A DNA stretch of 59,391 nucleotides, filler included, from Sanchytrium tribonematis (taxonomy: Eukaryota): NCBI GenBank assembly GCA_018985235.1. It is 5 parts of 5 records of this genome, joined end to end, with 100 filler letters (N's around TTAATTAATTAA, not from the genome) between each part and the next. Parts side by side here need not be neighbours in the genome. Positions count along the whole stretch, not along the records: positions 1 to 11,841 come from JADGIG010000244.1; 4 more parts are not named here. The stretch is one strand, 5' to 3'. How positions within the stretch are numbered: position 1 is the stretch's first letter; each line of letters begins with the position of its first letter. Below, piece by piece: positions 1 through 10,450 of this stretch. The notes under the pieces were generated by a model. That model worked only from the letters and a program-made list of their open reading frames with translations. It did not search any database and was not told the origin of the DNA. Both the position numbers and the translations under genes were made by a program.

Positions 1-2048
1 TTAGATATATCCAGCGATGCTAGTTGCTCAAATTCACCCACTGTAGCGGAAATAGAATTAGGAAGATCCTTGGTAAATGCAGAGCGCTTCAATTCTTCAA
101 TAAATTTTGCAGCGATATTTCGAACTCGCTTTGTTAAATTTTCGACTTCCAAATAGGAAGAATTGCTTTCGTTAAGAGAATCTATAAAATAGTCTTTCAA
201 ATCCGACGGTACCCAATCTGATTTTCCAGAACTGAGTACAACTGACAACAAATAAGCAGAATACTGTTTCTGAATAGCGTAATTTGATACAATATATGGT
301 TTTAAACATTTGATGTCAGGATTTTTAGAGAAAACGTATGCCAACGCATCACAGGCAGTGAGCCTAGACTTGATCAGTATATCAATATCCACCACACCCA
401 AATCCTGATTTGCCATTGCTTGATCCATTGAAGATATAGGAACCAGCATTAATCGTGATTCGTAAGGCTGTCCAAGAGGATGAAAAGCAAGTTGCATCCA
501 AAAAGGCACATATTTTAAAACCTCTGGAAATGCATCAGTCATGAGCATCCATGTTTTTAGACTTTTTTCTAAAAGAGTTTCCTTATCCTCCAAGATGAAA
601 TTGTAAAAAACACGAGTAACCAAATCAACAGTGACCCAATTTTCAACATCTTTGAGGCAATTAACAACATTTAAAGTTGCTTCGCGAACACTGTATAGAT
701 TGTGTCTAAAGAACTGTAGAATTCTTGGTAAAACAGCGCTTAAGGAATCCGGATGCTTTGAATAAAGGTCTTTAATCTGCTTTAATTGCATCAATGTACT
801 CAGCAGATCCATGACACTAGATGTGCTCGCACTGAGATCATCCAAATCACACAGCGCTTGCCAAAGAACGTTTAATAGCTTGAACAGGTCTAAATTTAAT
901 TTCATTAAAGGATTATCATCGATAGTATTTTCACTAAGTTTTTTAACAATGGGACATAGAGCTTGTGCCGCAATCGATCGTACATCATCATCAACGTCTT
1001 CAAGTCCTTTTAAAACCACATCCCCGCAAAGTTCCCATAGTTCTGCAATTTTGTCTTGCCTGGTGACTAAGATATACTGAATACTTAATAGTCCCGCATG
1101 CTTGGCATCCCAACTAATTTTGTCATTTTTCCCGCCAATTTTTCGCTTTTTCTTTACCTCTTGCTTGCTACTATTGTGATAATGTCCAGTTACAATTTTA
1201 AGTGCACATTTCATTGTAGATATCAATAAGTCAAGTTCTGCAAACTGACAACACACACCTATTACTTGAGCGCAAGCTTCTCGTACGGGACATATAATAT
1301 GATCGCCTACGAAATCAGTAAATTTGTCGTTTAGCAAAACATTAAACACATGGCTCAAAACATGTTCGAGTTCCTTCTGGGTCCATTTGAAATCCTGTCG
1401 CTGAATGTTACGTAAGCCGATAAGAGCTCCATGGCGGACAAACCAATAAGGACTGTTGACATTAGATAAAAGATAAACATATATTTGCTCCAGCCCCCAT
1501 TTAGAAATACCTAGGAGTGGGTCTGCTTTTGTTGTTTCTTTTGCTTGTACCACAAGTGTTTTGCTGTTTTTGATGTCTGAAGAGGAACTGGGAAATGCAG
1601 ATGCTGGTGGTGTTTTTTGCTTTAATTTCCTTTTTAGACGATTTCTTTCCCTTGCCGATAAGTTAAGATTTTCAAATTCAGTCGATCCAGCCAAAGGAGA
1701 ATCAATCTCCGCATCAGGTTCAGTAAAGTGGTCGGGCTGTCCTAGCAAAGCATCACCCAGTTCGACAATTGTCAAATCGTCAAAATCCATATCATCATCC
1801 ACAATTGTCCTGCTCAAGTCTGATTCATGGTCTAAGCAAATGCGGCATATTTTTTCCAAAGTAATTTCGCTAACATATCTGCATTCCGATTGCTCAGATA
1901 GCAAACATGAACTTAATTGTAACAGTATCTGACCGATACTGTGATATTGGTTCAAAACGCTTTTACTAATCTGTTCACTAGCTAAACTTTTATTTGAAAT
2001 CGGTTGATTTGACTGCAGTATATCAAAGAGTTTGCTTAGGCGAGACAT
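1..2048 (-). CDS. MOT1: TBP-associated SNF2-family ATPase Mot1/BTAF1, N-terminal HEAT region (3'-partial, runs off window)
   Basis: Not in the ORF track because there is no stop in the window. Manual translation from ATG 2048 gives MSRLSKLFDILQS..., LSARERNRLKRKLK, WFVRHGALIGLRNI, DKFTDFVGDHIICPVREACAQ, GLEDVDDDVRSIAAQAL, DDLSASTSSVMDLL, all matching Mot1 motifs. Frame was spot-checked as open, including to position 1. Confidence 0.9.
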   Translation of the reverse strand, partial: MSRLSKLFDILQSNQPISNKSLASEQISKSVLNQYHSIGQILLQLSSCLLSEQSECRYVSEITLEKICRICLDHESDLSRTIVDDDMDFDDLTIVELGDALLGQPDHFTEPDAEIDSPLAGSTEFENLNLSARERNRLKRKLKQKTPPASAFPSSSSDIKNSKTLVVQAKETTKADPLLGISKWGLEQIYVYLLSNVNSPYWFVRHGALIGLRNIQRQDFKWTQKELEHVLSHVFNVLLNDKFTDFVGDHIICPVREACAQVIGVCCQFAELDLLISTMKCALKIVTGHYHNSSKQEVKKKRKIGGKNDKISWDAKHAGLLSIQYILVTRQDKIAELWELCGDVVLKGLEDVDDDVRSIAAQALCPIVKKLSENTIDDNPLMKLNLDLFKLLNVLWQALCDLDDLSASTSSVMDLLSTLMQLKQIKDLYSKHPDSLSAVLPRILQFFRHNLYSVREATLNVVNCLKDVENWVTVDLVTRVFYNFILEDKETLLEKSLKTWMLMTDAFPEVLKYVPFWMQLAFHPLGQPYESRLMLVPISSMDQAMANQDLGVVDIDILIKSRLTACDALAYVFSKNPDIKCLKPYIVSNYAIQKQYSAYLLSVVLSSGKSDWVPSDLKDYFIDSLNESNSSYLEVENLTKRVRNIAAKFIEELKRSAFTKDLPNSISATVGEFEQLASLDIS

Positions 2049-2111
2049 TTCAAAATTACCTACTTTCAAAGAGGAGCCATACGGTTTTATATCAAAAAAT
2101 CTATAACATAT

Positions 2112-2130
2112 CTGATTGGCTGGACCAATG
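2112..2130. promoter_or_regulatory. Pair of inverted CCAAT boxes in the MOT1/PRP4 divergent promoter
   Basis: CTGATTGGC (reverse complement GCCAATCAG) and GGACCAATG lie within 20 nt in the 212-nt bidirectional spacer. Function is inferred only. Confidence 0.35.
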
Positions 2131-2260
2131 GGAGTATTTTTCTGGCTGCATCTGTATTTTGTAAATATGTTATAATTGATTTATTGAGAGATATCAAATC
2201 AAGGCATGTGAAATTATATCATTGGTGAAAATTGATGGCAATAAATATTTTGAGACAAAA

Positions 2261-3598
2261 ATGTCAACTGGGAGTTTGGCGGAACGAGCGGCTTTGAAAA
2301 GGAAAGAAATAGAGAGAAAAATCGAGCTTCGAAATTTAATATTGCCTGAAAATGATGAAGTGGTAGTTAAGGCTTTGAAGAAATTGCGTCAGGTCCAATT
2401 GTCCACTGCAGAGAAAAGAAAAGAACAATTGCGGCAAATTTTATATGAAAGAAAAACTAATAATCTTTCATATTCTATCCCAGAAATTCTAAAAATCCCA
2501 GATAATTCTCAAGATGATGAAGAATTCTGGAGTTTGGGAAATTCAAAATTACTGGAATTTCGAAGGCAATTGGGTCATGAATCGCTCTTGAAGGCGAAAT
2601 TGAGGCTTGAATCTTTAAGAACTACGGCATCTATAGATATCGACGTCTTAAAAAAAAGCGAAAGTGATTATTTGAAATTTGTGGATAATTTGAAGCCTTA
2701 TTCATCATTCGCGATAGCAAATCGTCCTATAACCTGCATAGAAAGTCATCACATTTCAAATAACAAGATCGCAATTGGAGAAATGAGTGGAAGACTTCAA
2801 TTATGCGATATGAATAAAGAAAATATTAAGGCAAATTATGAAAGCAATGAACATTCTGGAAGGATATCAGACATTCAATGGCATCCTTCTGCAAATCTCG
2901 AGGAAGATGTTGTCCATTTTTTGACAGCAGGGAACGATGGAAAAATATTTTGTTATAATATGGAGACTAATGACCCATTTGTCGAAGTAGTAGGTCACGC
3001 TCAAAGATGTAATAGAATAAGATTTCTTAACCGAGACTACTTTGCAACTTGCGGATTTGATAACTTAATTAAGATTTGGGATTATGAAAGCATGACTTGT
3101 TTGCTGGAGCAATCAGGACACTCTCACTCTATATACGATATAAGTGTCCATCCTGATTCATCTTTGATAAATTCTGGAGATCTCGGTGGTACCGGAAGAC
3201 TTTGGGATATTCGAACGGGTAGGTCTTTACATTCTTACCAATCTCAAAAAGGAATTTTATGCAGTCAATTTCATCCAAATGGGTTTTGGCTTTTTACAGG
3301 CGGGGAAGACGGAATTATTAGAATACACGACATTAGAAAATTAGAAGTTTTGTATGAAATTCCGGCTCACACTCAAAGCATCACCAAACTTCTTTTTACC
3401 TCTGAAGATGCAAAGAACCCCGGATGCCTAATTTCAAGCTCTTTTGATCGAAGCATCAAATTCTGGAGTGAAAATGATTGGCAACTTTTGGGTCATAAAT
3501 CTGCACATGATGGTAAAATAACTAGCCTTGACTGGAAAAATAATAGGCTGCTTTCGGGCGGGTTTGACAGGAAAATCAAGCTTTGGAGCATTGAGTGA
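2261..3598 (+). CDS. PRP4: U4/U6 snRNP WD40 protein Prp4
   Basis: N-terminal PRP4/SFM-like segment (LILPENDEVVVKALKKL...EEFWSLG) followed by WD repeats (LLEQSGHSHSIYDI, GRLWDIRTGR, GGFDRKIKLW). First in-frame ATG at 2261. Confidence 0.85.
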   Translation: MSTGSLAERAALKRKEIERKIELRNLILPENDEVVVKALKKLRQVQLSTAEKRKEQLRQILYERKTNNLSYSIPEILKIPDNSQDDEEFWSLGNSKLLEFRRQLGHESLLKAKLRLESLRTTASIDIDVLKKSESDYLKFVDNLKPYSSFAIANRPITCIESHHISNNKIAIGEMSGRLQLCDMNKENIKANYESNEHSGRISDIQWHPSANLEEDVVHFLTAGNDGKIFCYNMETNDPFVEVVGHAQRCNRIRFLNRDYFATCGFDNLIKIWDYESMTCLLEQSGHSHSIYDISVHPDSSLINSGDLGGTGRLWDIRTGRSLHSYQSQKGILCSQFHPNGFWLFTGGEDGIIRIHDIRKLEVLYEIPAHTQSITKLLFTSEDAKNPGCLISSSFDRSIKFWSENDWQLLGHKSAHDGKITSLDWKNNRLLSGGFDRKIKLWSIE

Positions 3599-3709
3599 TT
3601 TTTAACACAACTTTTGCGGGGAAATAACTTTTAACAGAATAAAATAAATGAAATCAATTAAAACGTTGTTTTCAAGGAGGTTTTTGTAACTACGTTTTGT
3701 AGTTTACTC

Positions 3710-3820
3710 AAGTGAGAGTGTCAGGGTCCAATATTATTGGGTCTGTTACCTCTCACAAAGATATTCGACGTTTAGAGTCATTAGCAGTTTTTTGCAAATG
3801 TAGTTTAATGTCGGACATTA
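3710..3820 (+). ncRNA. Box H/ACA snoRNA, snR191/U19 (SNORA74)-like, predicted guide for two LSU rRNA helix-69 pseudouridines
   Basis: Hairpin 1: GTGAGAG 3712-18 pairs with CTCTCAC 3750-56, upper stem 3724-44. H-like box AGATAT 3759-64. Hairpin 2: TCGACGTT/AATGTCGG with upper stem CATT/AATG. ACA at 3815-17. Both pockets sit 14 nt from their box, and the pocket strands GTCA/GTTAC and AGAGT/TAGTT complement the conserved rRNA sequence GUAACUAUGACUCU. Confidence 0.8.
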
Positions 3821-3888
3821 TCTTAAACATTCACAACGCAGGTATTGAGCTAATGATCTTGCATGTAGAAGTATTATTATAAGTTACT

Positions 3889-4225
3889 TTATTGTGTGCT
3901 TTCTTTTAAGTAAGCAATTAAGTCTTCACGATCTGATGCTTTTTTCAAACCAGCGAACGCCTAAATAAAATTATAGTACCATTTTGGTTCCTGGAATGTA
4001 CTTCTTAGGATTTTCTAGATACTCAAACATGGTTTGCTCACCCCATTCCACTCCACTTCCTTTGTTCGCAGCTGTATAGCCATAGCCAGGAGCACTACCA
4101 GCAACTCTACCAAAAATGCCCCAAAGGTTAGGGCCAACTTTGTGAGGACCGCCATTTTCAACAGTGTGGCACTGAGCACATCTTGTCTTGAATAACTTAC
4201 TTCCTTTAACTGAATCACCAGCCAT
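3889..4225 (-). CDS. CYC1: Cytochrome c (2 exons: 4225-3980, 3960-3889; 105 aa)
   Basis: CAQCH heme motif. Removing the 19-nt intron restores [27 protein letters not shown]. Confidence 0.97.
3961..3979 (-). other. 19-nt spliceosomal intron (phase 0) in cytochrome c
   Basis: GTACTATAATTTTATTTAG; removal restores the conserved GTKMAF. Confidence 0.93.
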
Positions 4226-4397
4226 TTCTGATCTGTTTCACAAGGATCATCGTGCCAGAGTTGTTTTCAGGTAGCCACATTTTTCAATTACTAAGACTTG
4301 ATAGAATAGAAAATTTAAATCAGTGATATCGATATAATCACAATCTAAGAAAAAGAGTTGGGAATTTTGCCTATGAAATCACTTTATTTTGAAACAA

Positions 4398-7300
4398 ATG
4401 TCGAAAAATCTCGGGCAAGAGCTTAATCGAATAATGGCTTCGACAATTGTTGACTGGCCAGATGTTGTGGCCATGCTTCAGAGAATAATAAAATGTCTTG
4501 CCAAATATAATTCCACTGATCACATTGAACGAGAAATTTATCTACGCTTGTTCAAAAAATGCCATCTGTTTATGAATCCAAAGTTACCTGCAGGAGTGCA
4601 CGCAAAGGTTATGGAGCTCTACAAATTAATATGGTGCAATTTGGATGAATCTGAGAAGCAAACTTACATGCAATATTTAGTACTTAGTTTGCAATCATTT
4701 GGACTCATTAGCATGAAGATGAAAGCAACCATGATCGAAGTCTTTGAACTTTTTGTCTTATCCCCCTTAGGATCCTGTGGAATGCCTATAATAGCAAGCA
4801 TTTTACCTGGAATCGAGGAAGAGCAATCTGAAACTTATTTACCGTGTATAGATCTTTTAGGAAAAATTTGCAAGAATGTAAATGAATCGCATTTTTATAC
4901 CACAATTTGGCACATTATCATCAATTACCCCGAATGCAGGATACCTGGGCTAATGTATTTAATTAAAACGCTTCCTACTAAGATTGACATTGAAGATATT
5001 GTATTTTTGTTTAGTGGAGATCAACACATAGTGGTAAGCGCATTCGAAGCATGTTTTAATGATCCTGATCCAAGTGGTCTTGTTCACAGAAATGCGTTAG
5101 ATGTTTTGTTATATTTTTCAATGGACCATCCCGTTTTCGAGTCTCTTTATTTAAAAAGACTTATTCATGCCGCATTACTTGCATGTCTCAAAAGGGACAT
5201 GAGCTTGAATAAGAGGCTCTTTCAGTGGATATGCCCTTCGGAACTATATTTTAAAAATATCTCTTCAATTTTATTTAAAGTTTTGCGAGAGAAAATCCTC
5301 AACGATCCATATAATTCATTTAAAATTCTCATTTCTTTAATGGATAAGCCTTTAGCCATGAATTTAATATGTGACTTGATACCCTTTATTATCGCTTATT
5401 TGAGTTCTCATAGTTTTATAAGCAGTGCCCAATCGTTTTTAGAATCAATACCAAAGCAGACTATTTGGACTATATACAGAGATTTTTTGTACCTCGAAGA
5501 ACTTCCTAATAAGATACCACATAAGAATAATCCTCAAATCATATTCAAAATGTTTTTTGAAAAGTATACATTTCAAGAAAATTCTGATCGAAATTACTAC
5601 CTCCCACTAACTTTAGCTAATATTTTAATTAATTTGCCTCAATACATGGTAGATACTTGGATTTACTTGTTCCAATTTGCAAAATTCGACACTGCATTTG
5701 TTGAGAACTTTGAATTGAAACTATCAAGTTTTGAAAATCCCGAAACCCCTATTCAAAAACAAACTATTTACCACGTGATTATAAAAACTGTTCAAAGACT
5801 TCAAACATGTAAATCTTACAGCTCCTTAAAGCCAATAGCCATGGTATTTTTGCATTTAAGTTCGATCAAATTCTTCACAGAACCATTAGGAATTCTAGAA
5901 GAAGATTTCCAAATTGAAAAGGACCTTAGTGATTTTGACCAGGCAGAATTCTGTGCATTTATGATTGCTTATAGATATTTTCAAGATTTCAAAATCAAAA
6001 ATTTAAAAATTTGTATGCAAAGAATTCAATATCTTTGGTTATATTTCGAGAAATATCGATCACCCCAAAGCATGAAATATCTTGTGCTTATAGACGTAAA
6101 TGTTAAATTACTTGACACTTTTTTGAGTGAACAAATATTACAAAGAAGATCAAACTCATCCAGGTTCCTGCATAGACTTCGTTTACTATTAAGCAATTGC
6201 TCTCACGAATTTTTTGTCCCGCGAACGTTGTTCTCGTTAATTGTGCTGCACAGAAAAGGCGAACTGCCAACCTTATTATTCTTAGAAGTTGTACAATTTC
6301 TCCAAGAAAACTGCAAGTTGCACCAATCTAGCATTATTTACCATTTCTCCAGCATGTGCAATAACAAAGAATCAGAATTATTTTTCCCTTATACAAAAAA
6401 ATTTGGCAATCACACAATTACATATTTTAAACCTATGAAGTTGATAAATTATCATCAACTATTATTTGTTTATGAAGTGCTACTTCATTTCTTTGGTACA
6501 ATCACGGACCACCTTCATGATTTAATATTTCAAGATCAACGTGATATCCTATTGATGGGCGAGACAATTAGATTGATGGCTAAAAGGCTTATGATTATCC
6601 CAGAAGAGAAGCACGTGGGCCCATTTTTACAGATGGAAGAAATGTGCATCAAGTTGATGAGTGTTTTGGTCGAAAAATTTATTAATTTTCATATTGACGA
6701 ACTACGTCCCTTGCTTAACTGGCTATATGAATTTTCTTTTGACAAATTTCATCTCATTGGTTTAAGTATGCAGACGTCTAATGCTATGATATTTTTTACT
6801 TTTCTTGAAAAAGTCGAAAAATTGTACATGAGGGTTAGCACAATAACAAAGTCCACATTGACTAGACAAGAGAAAATGTTTACAATTTTCAACGTCATTC
6901 ACCATCTTGCTTTAAATAGTGAAATGCACAAAATCACACAATCTGATTTCTTTTCCCTATTGAAATACCTCAAATATTTGAACAACTCGATATATGATAT
7001 ATATCCCTACTTTTGCTATTACTTAAAACACGGATTACATCTTTTACTTCAAAATCAAAAAGTGGATGAGCAATCTTTTGTTGCAACTCAAATTATAGAG
7101 CTACTTAGTACGATAACTTACGAAGCTTTTATTGGCCTAATTGACGAACAGCCTGAAATCGAGATGTCTTCAATTGATTTTTCGCTGGGAGAATCTCAAA
7201 TGATAACTATTAGTCCACTTTTCATAAATTTAAAATCAAAATCAGTTTTGAACAATGTACAACATTTGGCGGATCTGATGATTTTACTAATTGAAATTTC

Positions 7301-8873
7301 TACAAAGAGTGACTTGAAGATAGGCCAACTCGTTGACGAATGCCTGGTAAAACTGTTTAGCTCTCCAAACAGGTATATCGTTGATGCAGTGGCAATTCTT
7401 TTTGAGTTTTACGATTATGAGTCCCAAAAGCTTATCCAAAACTTATTCGATCATTTTGATTCTAGCATAAATTTAAAAATTTGCATGAAGCTTTGTAACT
7501 TGATCGTCACAGGACTAAATTCTTCAAGATTTACAAACACCCAGTTTTATATTTTATTGCTAACACATATTGTAAATAATTCTAAAATGGAAGACATTAA
7601 CAACTCACTAATTCCACTTGTTTCACCAATCATTAAACTCGATTTATTTAAATTGGAACTAAAAACAAAAGTATTTTTGATAGAAATGATTGACAGAATC
7701 ATTGTACAAACAATGGCTTCAAACTCTCTTTTTAATGATAAGATACAGATCTTCAAGTGTGTTACGGGGGCACTTGGTCAAGACCTGGGAATGTTTATTG
7801 CTAAGCAATCTCCTGTTACTACGTATGACTGCAATATACTTTTCACAACAGATGATTCACTAATTTTTGTAGCTTACATATTAAAGAAGCTTCCTCAAAT
7901 TTTAGAAAATTTTAGAATTTTTGTTAGAGAATTAGATTTATTTTTGCCAACTTTTATGGTTTTAGAGCAAAATCTGAATGCGTTATTGAAAAAATCCTTT
8001 ATGTTTGACAACGTGATTGAATTTTACAGTTTATTGAGTGAAGATATAAAATCAATTAAAGAGTATAAAAAGTCAATGTCAGACGTGTTGCAAGACGCAT
8101 ATCTTTTTGATAAAATTAATGTTCAAAATTACGATGCAATGTCACGAATTGCCAATTTTTATGCGAGGGATGTAGATTTTACAATTTTAATGGATCTTCA
8201 AAATACAAACAGCATTTTTGCCTCTAAAAAACAGGAATTGTTGGCAATTTCGATGCAGATTAAAAAAGCCAATCTATTTTTATTTCTTCTTGATCGTGGC
8301 AAATGCGAGTTGATTTTAAGAACCTTTGAGGAAAAGTTTTTGAAATACATAAACGATTATTATGTAGATTTAAACTCAGATGTATTTCTTTTAATTTTTT
8401 TATTATTATCAAAGATAAGTAACACAATTTCGTTTACAATGTGGCAAACAATTTTGTATGAAATTTATGAATTTTTATATGCAAACAAAGAAAATTTTGA
8501 AAAGACTTTAAAATTGATAGAACTTTGTGATGTGTTTAATTTTAGAGAATACGAATGCTTTAAACACTTGCTTTTTCCTAGAAGTGGGAACGATGTCGAG
8601 GATGAATATCATAAATCAGTTTTGCTCGAGATTTTAGACAAGTTGAACGAATCGGACTATGAACAGGTTCAAAATGAAGAATCTGAAATATTGGATGACG
8701 ATATTTTGGATTCAGAAATTGAAGCTAAAGATTTAATATTGATTGGAAAAACTAATAATGACAACAAAAAACTCAAACAAGCCATTTTAAGAATTGTTGC
8801 CCCTACTAGATATAACATTAGATTAGAAGACCTAGAGGATAGCTTTCAAAAAGAAGTTTTGACTTCTAAATAA
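4398..8873 (+). CDS. DOP1: Dopey/Dop1 family endosome-Golgi trafficking protein
   Basis: Dopey_N motifs DWPDVVAML, NPKLPAGVHAKVMELY, LPGIEEEQSE, LVHRNALDVL, KRDMSLNKRLFQW in a single ~1490-aa ORF. Confidence 0.88.
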   Translation: MSKNLGQELNRIMASTIVDWPDVVAMLQRIIKCLAKYNSTDHIEREIYLRLFKKCHLFMNPKLPAGVHAKVMELYKLIWCNLDESEKQTYMQYLVLSLQSFGLISMKMKATMIEVFELFVLSPLGSCGMPIIASILPGIEEEQSETYLPCIDLLGKICKNVNESHFYTTIWHIIINYPECRIPGLMYLIKTLPTKIDIEDIVFLFSGDQHIVVSAFEACFNDPDPSGLVHRNALDVLLYFSMDHPVFESLYLKRLIHAALLACLKRDMSLNKRLFQWICPSELYFKNISSILFKVLREKILNDPYNSFKILISLMDKPLAMNLICDLIPFIIAYLSSHSFISSAQSFLESIPKQTIWTIYRDFLYLEELPNKIPHKNNPQIIFKMFFEKYTFQENSDRNYYLPLTLANILINLPQYMVDTWIYLFQFAKFDTAFVENFELKLSSFENPETPIQKQTIYHVIIKTVQRLQTCKSYSSLKPIAMVFLHLSSIKFFTEPLGILEEDFQIEKDLSDFDQAEFCAFMIAYRYFQDFKIKNLKICMQRIQYLWLYFEKYRSPQSMKYLVLIDVNVKLLDTFLSEQILQRRSNSSRFLHRLRLLLSNCSHEFFVPRTLFSLIVLHRKGELPTLLFLEVVQFLQENCKLHQSSIIYHFSSMCNNKESELFFPYTKKFGNHTITYFKPMKLINYHQLLFVYEVLLHFFGTITDHLHDLIFQDQRDILLMGETIRLMAKRLMIIPEEKHVGPFLQMEEMCIKLMSVLVEKFINFHIDELRPLLNWLYEFSFDKFHLIGLSMQTSNAMIFFTFLEKVEKLYMRVSTITKSTLTRQEKMFTIFNVIHHLALNSEMHKITQSDFFSLLKYLKYLNNSIYDIYPYFCYYLKHGLHLLLQNQKVDEQSFVATQIIELLSTITYEAFIGLIDEQPEIEMSSIDFSLGESQMITISPLFINLKSKSVLNNVQHLADLMILLIEISTKSDLKIGQLVDECLVKLFSSPNRYIVDAVAILFEFYDYESQKLIQNLFDHFDSSINLKICMKLCNLIVTGLNSSRFTNTQFYILLLTHIVNNSKMEDINNSLIPLVSPIIKLDLFKLELKTKVFLIEMIDRIIVQTMASNSLFNDKIQIFKCVTGALGQDLGMFIAKQSPVTTYDCNILFTTDDSLIFVAYILKKLPQILENFRIFVRELDLFLPTFMVLEQNLNALLKKSFMFDNVIEFYSLLSEDIKSIKEYKKSMSDVLQDAYLFDKINVQNYDAMSRIANFYARDVDFTILMDLQNTNSIFASKKQELLAISMQIKKANLFLFLLDRGKCELILRTFEEKFLKYINDYYVDLNSDVFLLIFLLLSKISNTISFTMWQTILYEIYEFLYANKENFEKTLKLIELCDVFNFREYECFKHLLFPRSGNDVEDEYHKSVLLEILDKLNESDYEQVQNEESEILDDDILDSEIEAKDLILIGKTNNDNKKLKQAILRIVAPTRYNIRLEDLEDSFQKEVLTSK

Positions 8874-8876
8874 TCG

Positions 8877-10415
8877 TTAAAAGTCTCGAAATATTGCCAC
8901 CAAGTGTTCATTGAGTAAAAGGCTATCCCATAGTCGTTTTCGTAATCTTTGATAATTAATGACCAATTTTTTATCAGCGTCTTTTAAAGCTGAGTCGCCT
9001 CGTCCCAATCGAAGCTCTATAATTCGATGTCGCCTTTCTTCTTCCAATAATCTTGACAATATATTGTATTGAAATTTGTATAAAGCATCAAGAATTGCAC
9101 CATCTAATTCTGATTGAGTCTTCAGCTTGTAAATATAATGTCCCCGAGCAGGATTTCGCTCTTGAGATTTAAAAATTGGAAGTATGTCAAAAATTGCACC
9201 TCCACCAATGACGCCACCTTCGTTTCCAGCAAAAGTAGACATTCCAGGGCTTATTGACAGCGCATATAACAATTGCCTGGTTTCTGAAAATGGCAGCATG
9301 GACTCATTTGCAATCATTTTTTCATCGCCATTTTTCAGACGACACATTGCTCTATACACCCGAAGCGCCTTATCACCAAGCCTACTTCTGATGCTGCTTT
9401 CTACGACTGATTGTCTCAATAGCAGTGTTAAATGCTTATAAGGTACTAAAAATTGATCACTCGGCTCTGAAGAGGCAGTTTGGATCACTTTTGAAAAGTT
9501 TTTTGGTTCTTCATTCGGGGATCCAAAATGAGTTTTGTAAAGATAGCCATGAAAGCAAAGCAAATCAATATAGGATACTACCTTTTCTTCGTGAGTAAAA
9601 GCAGTGGTATGAATCGAGTCATGAATTTTGCTTTCATCTGGTCTGACTTTTTTAGATATATGATCCGGCGTACAAATTCCACCTACAGAATCCTTGCAAC
9701 CTTTAAGATGAGAGGCACTGATGTCCAATATTGCTTTGAGAACCAAGGTGGCTCGTGGATTGAGAGTTACTGATTTTAATATGTTTTCGTTTCGGAGTTC
9801 AACATCCAATCTGCTAAAATTTAAAACAAAAATAGACTCCATTTTTTTCTTTTTCAACGGAGGTTGATATTCTTGTACAGCAAGGTTTCTTTCTTTGTCA
9901 GTTGCCATTAATGACAGTGAACTAGTTGCAGCATCTATCATAAATTGCTCATTATCAAAATATCGGTCATTCAATTCAGTCACAAAATGGTGTAAAACTA
10001 GACTATCCCATACTTTGCCATTCCCATGATATGTTCCACTTTCACAAAATATTTGAAATATTTTCACAGCTTCTTTGCCATACAAATCTTCCAGAATTTC
10101 AGCATATAAAGGAAACCTTAATCTTCGAAATATGAATTCATTGTTGGTCCTGTATATGGTAGGATGGGTTCGACTATAATGTACACATCTGTGCTTAAGA
10201 AGTCTTATCATTATCTTTTTAATATCTTTAAATTCCTCAAAATTAGCTTTTAATTCCGATAAGGTTGATCCACCCTTTTTGGCCAAAAAGTTGCACACGC
10301 GAGACGCTTTAGATCCGAAATGCTGCTTGATAATCAAGGTAATCAATTGGGTTTGATGAATAGTGGATACAGCGTACGATACATTAATTTTAGAAATGGA
10401 ATTGATAGGAGTCAT
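8877..10415 (-). CDS. RPC82: RNA polymerase III subunit RPC82/RPC3
   Basis: IIKQHFGSKASRVCNFLAKKG, RRLRFPLY, RLGDKALRVYRAM, EKMIANESML, C-terminal IFRDF. First ATG at 10415. Confidence 0.8.
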   Translation of the reverse strand: MTPINSISKINVSYAVSTIHQTQLITLIIKQHFGSKASRVCNFLAKKGGSTLSELKANFEEFKDIKKIMIRLLKHRCVHYSRTHPTIYRTNNEFIFRRLRFPLYAEILEDLYGKEAVKIFQIFCESGTYHGNGKVWDSLVLHHFVTELNDRYFDNEQFMIDAATSSLSLMATDKERNLAVQEYQPPLKKKKMESIFVLNFSRLDVELRNENILKSVTLNPRATLVLKAILDISASHLKGCKDSVGGICTPDHISKKVRPDESKIHDSIHTTAFTHEEKVVSYIDLLCFHGYLYKTHFGSPNEEPKNFSKVIQTASSEPSDQFLVPYKHLTLLLRQSVVESSIRSRLGDKALRVYRAMCRLKNGDEKMIANESMLPFSETRQLLYALSISPGMSTFAGNEGGVIGGGAIFDILPIFKSQERNPARGHYIYKLKTQSELDGAILDALYKFQYNILSRLLEEERRHRIIELRLGRGDSALKDADKKLVINYQRLRKRLWDSLLLNEHLVAIFRDF

Positions 10416-10450
10416 GAGTTTTAAAAGGGACCTTAATTTATTTATCACAT

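Noticed and set aside
811..1932. Plus-strand ORFs 811-1080 and 1561-1932, and the many similar short ORFs overlapping real genes
   Set aside because: They are antisense or alternate-frame shadows of well-supported genes (here MOT1) with no motifs.
2102..2174. 10-bp inverted repeat TATAACATAT/ATATGTTATA in the MOT1/PRP4 spacer
   Set aside because: Almost all A/T, with no C/D boxes in the right order and no TSD; likely chance.
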